This document shows, piece after piece, positions 60,740 to 64,000 of a stretch of 64,000 nucleotides of DNA (position 1 is its first letter; each line of letters opens with the position of its first letter). Made by a program: the position numbers and the translations under genes. The DNA is from Pristiophorus japonicus. Lineage: Eukaryota. The stretch lies in NCBI RefSeq assembly GCF_044704955.1, contig NW_027251843.1, forward strand, positions 1,116,001 to 1,180,000. The letters are read 5' to 3'. The notes under the pieces are model-generated. The model saw nothing but the letters and a program-made list of their open reading frames with translations. It was not told the DNA's origin and searched no databases.

Positions 60740-63555
60740 ATTTCTGCTAAGTTAGTTCTCAGTCTTTTAAATAGAGGCATGGTAGGGCAGTTCTGTCCCG
60801 TGGAGTGCACATCCTGTGGCATGTGGGAAGTCCTGGACGCTTCTCGTGGCCTGAACGACCACATGTGCAGGAAGTGTCAGCTACAGCAACTCGAGCTCCG
60901 CGTTTCGGAGATTGAGCGGCGGCTGGAGTCACTGCGGTGCATCCGCGAGGCTGAGAACTTCGTGGATAGCACGTTTCTAGAGGTGGCCACCCCGCAGCTT
61001 AAGAGTGTGCAGGCAGAGAGGGAATGGGTGACCACCAGACAGAAGAGGAGGTCCAGGCAGGTAGTGCAGGAGTCCCCTGATTCCATCTCACTCTCCAACC
61101 AGTATTGTGTTCTGAGTACTGGTGGGGGCGATGGTTCCTCTAGGAAGTGCAGCCAGAGCCAAGTCCAAGGCACCACGGGTGGCTCAGCTGCACAGGGGGG
61201 AGGAAGAAGAGTGGAAGAGCAATAGTGGTAGGGGATTCGATAGTTAGGGGAACAGACAGGTATTTCTGCGGCCACAGACATGACTCCAGGATGGTATGTT
61301 GCCTGCCTGGTGCCAGGGTCAAGGATGTCACTGAGTGGCTACAGTACATTCTGAGGGGGGAGGGTGAACAACCAGAGGTTGTGGTCCATATCGGGACCAA
61401 TAACATAGGTAGAAAGAGGGATGAGGTCCTACAGGCAGTGTTTTGGGAGCTTGGAGAGAGATTAAAAAGCAAGATCTCAAAGGTAGTCATCTCCGGATTA
61501 CTCCCGGTGCCACGAGCTAGTGAGTACAGAAATAGGAGGATAGAGCAGATGAATGCGTGGCTGGAGAGATGGTGCAGGACGGAGGGCTTTAGTTTCCTGA
61601 GGCATTGGGACCATTTCTCGGGGAGGTGGGACCTGTACAAGTCGGACGGGTTACACCTCAACAGAGCCGGGACCAATATCCTCGCGGGAGGTTTGCTAGT
61701 GCTGTTGGGGAGGGTTTAAACTAGCTTGGCAGGGTGATGGGAACCGGAGAATAGATTCAGTGGGGAGAGAAGCAAAGCTGGAATTGGAAAGCAGAAAAGC
61801 AGAAAGTGAATTTGGAATACAGAGGAAACAAAGCCTAGAAAATAGACAAAAAGGTAGTTTGGCAGTGCTAAATGGTATATACTTCAATGCATGGAGGATA
61901 GGGAGTAAGGCAGATGAGCTGAGAGCACAGATAGACACTTGGGAGTACGATATTATAGTTATTACTGAGACATGGCTGAAAGAAGGGCAGGTATGGCAGC
62001 TCAACATTCCTGGTTACAGGGTTTTCAGACGGAATAGAGAGGGGATAAAAAAGGAGGAGTTCGCAGTTGTGAAACAATTGAAAGAAACAATTACAGCTGT
62101 GAGGAGGGATGATATGTCGGAAGGATCATCAAATGAGGCCATATAGGTCAAATTGAAGAACGAAAAAGAGGTAATCACACTGCTGAGAGTGTACTATAGA
62201 CCCCCAAACAGTCAGAGGGAGAGAGAAGAGTAGGCACATTTCTGACAATTGCAAAAACTATAGGGCAGTAATAGTCGGGGATTTCAACTACCCTAATATT
62301 AACTGGGATAAAATTAGTGTGAAATGTATAGAGGGTGCGGAATTCCTAAAAATGCATTCAGGAGAACTTTTTTAGCCAGTATGCAACAAGCCCAACAAGG
62401 GAGGGGACGGTTCTGGACTTGGTTTTGGGGAATGAAGAGGGGCAGGTGGAAGGGGTATAAGTGGGAGAGAATTTTGGTGCTAGTGATCCTAATTCAGTTA
62501 GATTTAGGGTAGTTATGGAAAAGGACAAAGATAGACCAGGAATAAAATTTCTCATTTGGGGAAATGCCAATTTTGCTGAGCTGAGATGAGATTTGACCAA
62601 AGTGGACTGGAAACGGCTACTTGAAGGTAAATCAGTGTCAGAGCAGTGGGAGGCATTCAAGGAGGAAATCCTGTAGTTTCAGAGTAAGTCTGTTCCCTTA
62701 AAGAAAAAGGGTGGGGCTAACAAATCTAGTGGCCCTGGATGTCGAGGGAAATACAGTGTAGGATAAAGTAAAAAAGGGAGGCTTATGACAGATACCGAGG
62801 GCTCAATACTGCAGGAACTTTAGAGGAGTATAGAAAGTGCAGGGGTGCAATTAAAAAGAAAATTAGGAAAGAGAGAGCATGAAAACATTTTGGCAAGTAA
62901 AATCAAGGAAAACCCAAAGATGTTTTATAAATACATTCAGAGCAGGAGGATAATTAAAGAAAGAGATTGGCCTAATTGAGACCATAAAGGTAATCTGTGT
63001 GTGGAGGGTCGATGAGGGCTGTGCGTTTGATGTAATGTCTATGGATTTTAGCAAGACTTTTGATCAGGTCCCACTTTACAGACTGGTATCAAAAGTAAAA
63101 GCCCATGGGATCCAGGGCAAAGTGGAAAGTTGGATCCAAAATTGTCTCAGAGGCAGGAAGCAAAGGGTAATGGTTGATGGGTGTTTTTGTGACTGGAAGG
63201 CTGTTTCCCCTGGAATTCTGCAGGGCTCAGTACAAGGTCCCTTGCTTTTTGTGGTGTATATCGAGGATTTAGACTTGAATGTAGGGGATATGATTAAGAA
63301 TTTTGTAGATGATATTAAAATTGGCCGTGTGGTTGATAATGAAGAAGAATGCTGTCGACTGCAGGAAGATATCAATGAAATGTTCAAATGGGCAGAACAA
63401 TGGCAAATGGAATTTAATCCGGAGAAGTGTGAGGTAATGCATTTGGGCTAACAAGGCAAGGGAATACACATTAAATGGCAGGATACTGAAAGGTGTAGAG
63501 GAACAAAGGGACCTGGGTATGCATGTCCACAGATCCCTGAAGGTAGCAGGCCAGG
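60740..63555 (+). mobile_element. CR1 LINE with ORF1 (zinc finger plus SGNH esterase) and internally deleted ORF2
   Basis: CTSCGMWE..CRKC, VGDSIVRG, VHIGTNN, SDGLHLN and VITETWL. It is the inverted paralog of 25215-28790. Confidence 0.92.
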
Positions 63556-63715
63556 TTGATGGGTTTTTACGACAATCCGGCAGTTTCATGGTCACCATTA
63601 CTGACACTAGCTTTTTATTCTAGATTTATTTAATTAACTGAATTTAAATTCCCCAGCTGCCATGGTGGGATTTAAACTTGTGTCTCTGGATCTTTGGTCC
63701 AGACCATAGTAGTCC
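63555..63715 (-). mobile_element. tRNA-derived SINE fragment
   Basis: Reversed B-box-like gtgggatttaaac and similarity to 6950-7135. Confidence 0.55.
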
Positions 63716-64000
63716 ATAGCTCTTTCAAAGAGCCAGCACAGGTTTGATTGTCCGAATGGCGTCCGTCTGTGCTGTGAGATACTGTGACGAAGGAGCGGGG
63801 CTCCAGCTAGCGTAGGCAATGTGGGTTCAAGGGTTGAAAGCAGGGGTTTGGGTGGAGCCCATATCGATGTACCACAAGGAAGCGCTACAGCATCGATTGA
63901 TCCAATTATTGGCAGCGAGGAAACCGGGGACGGGAATAGCTTTTAAAGTGGTCAACACCACCAGCACGATCATAGAATCACAGAAAATTACAGCACGGAA

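Overview
Repeat-dense eukaryotic genomic DNA, most likely from a shark or other elasmobranch, judged from the Deu-domain SINEs, the abundant CR1 LINEs and a shark-type Ig light-chain exon. The only clear host coding sequence is an intact immunoglobulin light-chain constant exon (21535-21863, +), kappa/NS4-like, with its 3' UTR. I found no V or J segment by eye. Most of the rest is decayed and nested transposons: CR1, RTE, L2 and Tx1 LINEs, tRNA/Deu SINEs, a Harbinger DNA transposon with TIRs and TSD, two nested Mag-like Gypsy elements, a long solo-LTR-like element, and a decayed retrovirus-like provirus with two RNase H domains and an in-frame gag-TGA-pol junction. Highlights: (1) a poly(A)-tailed retroposon built from U2 and U1 snRNA pieces (36940-37272), resembling the SINEU class known from crocodilians; (2) a 200-bp non-repeat module carrying EICE, Runx, E-box and kappaB-like motifs, present twice in inverted orientation upstream of the C exon with an invariant core; (3) a loki-like or basal retroviral provirus; (4) a 23-spacer RSS-like signal downstream of C together with a lone heptamer upstream, a kappa-deleting-element-like layout; (5) a large inverted segmental duplication (about 25.2-31.0 kb versus 54.9-63.6 kb). 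Coordinates were read by eye and repeat boundaries are approximate. Family names come from recalled motifs, not database searches.
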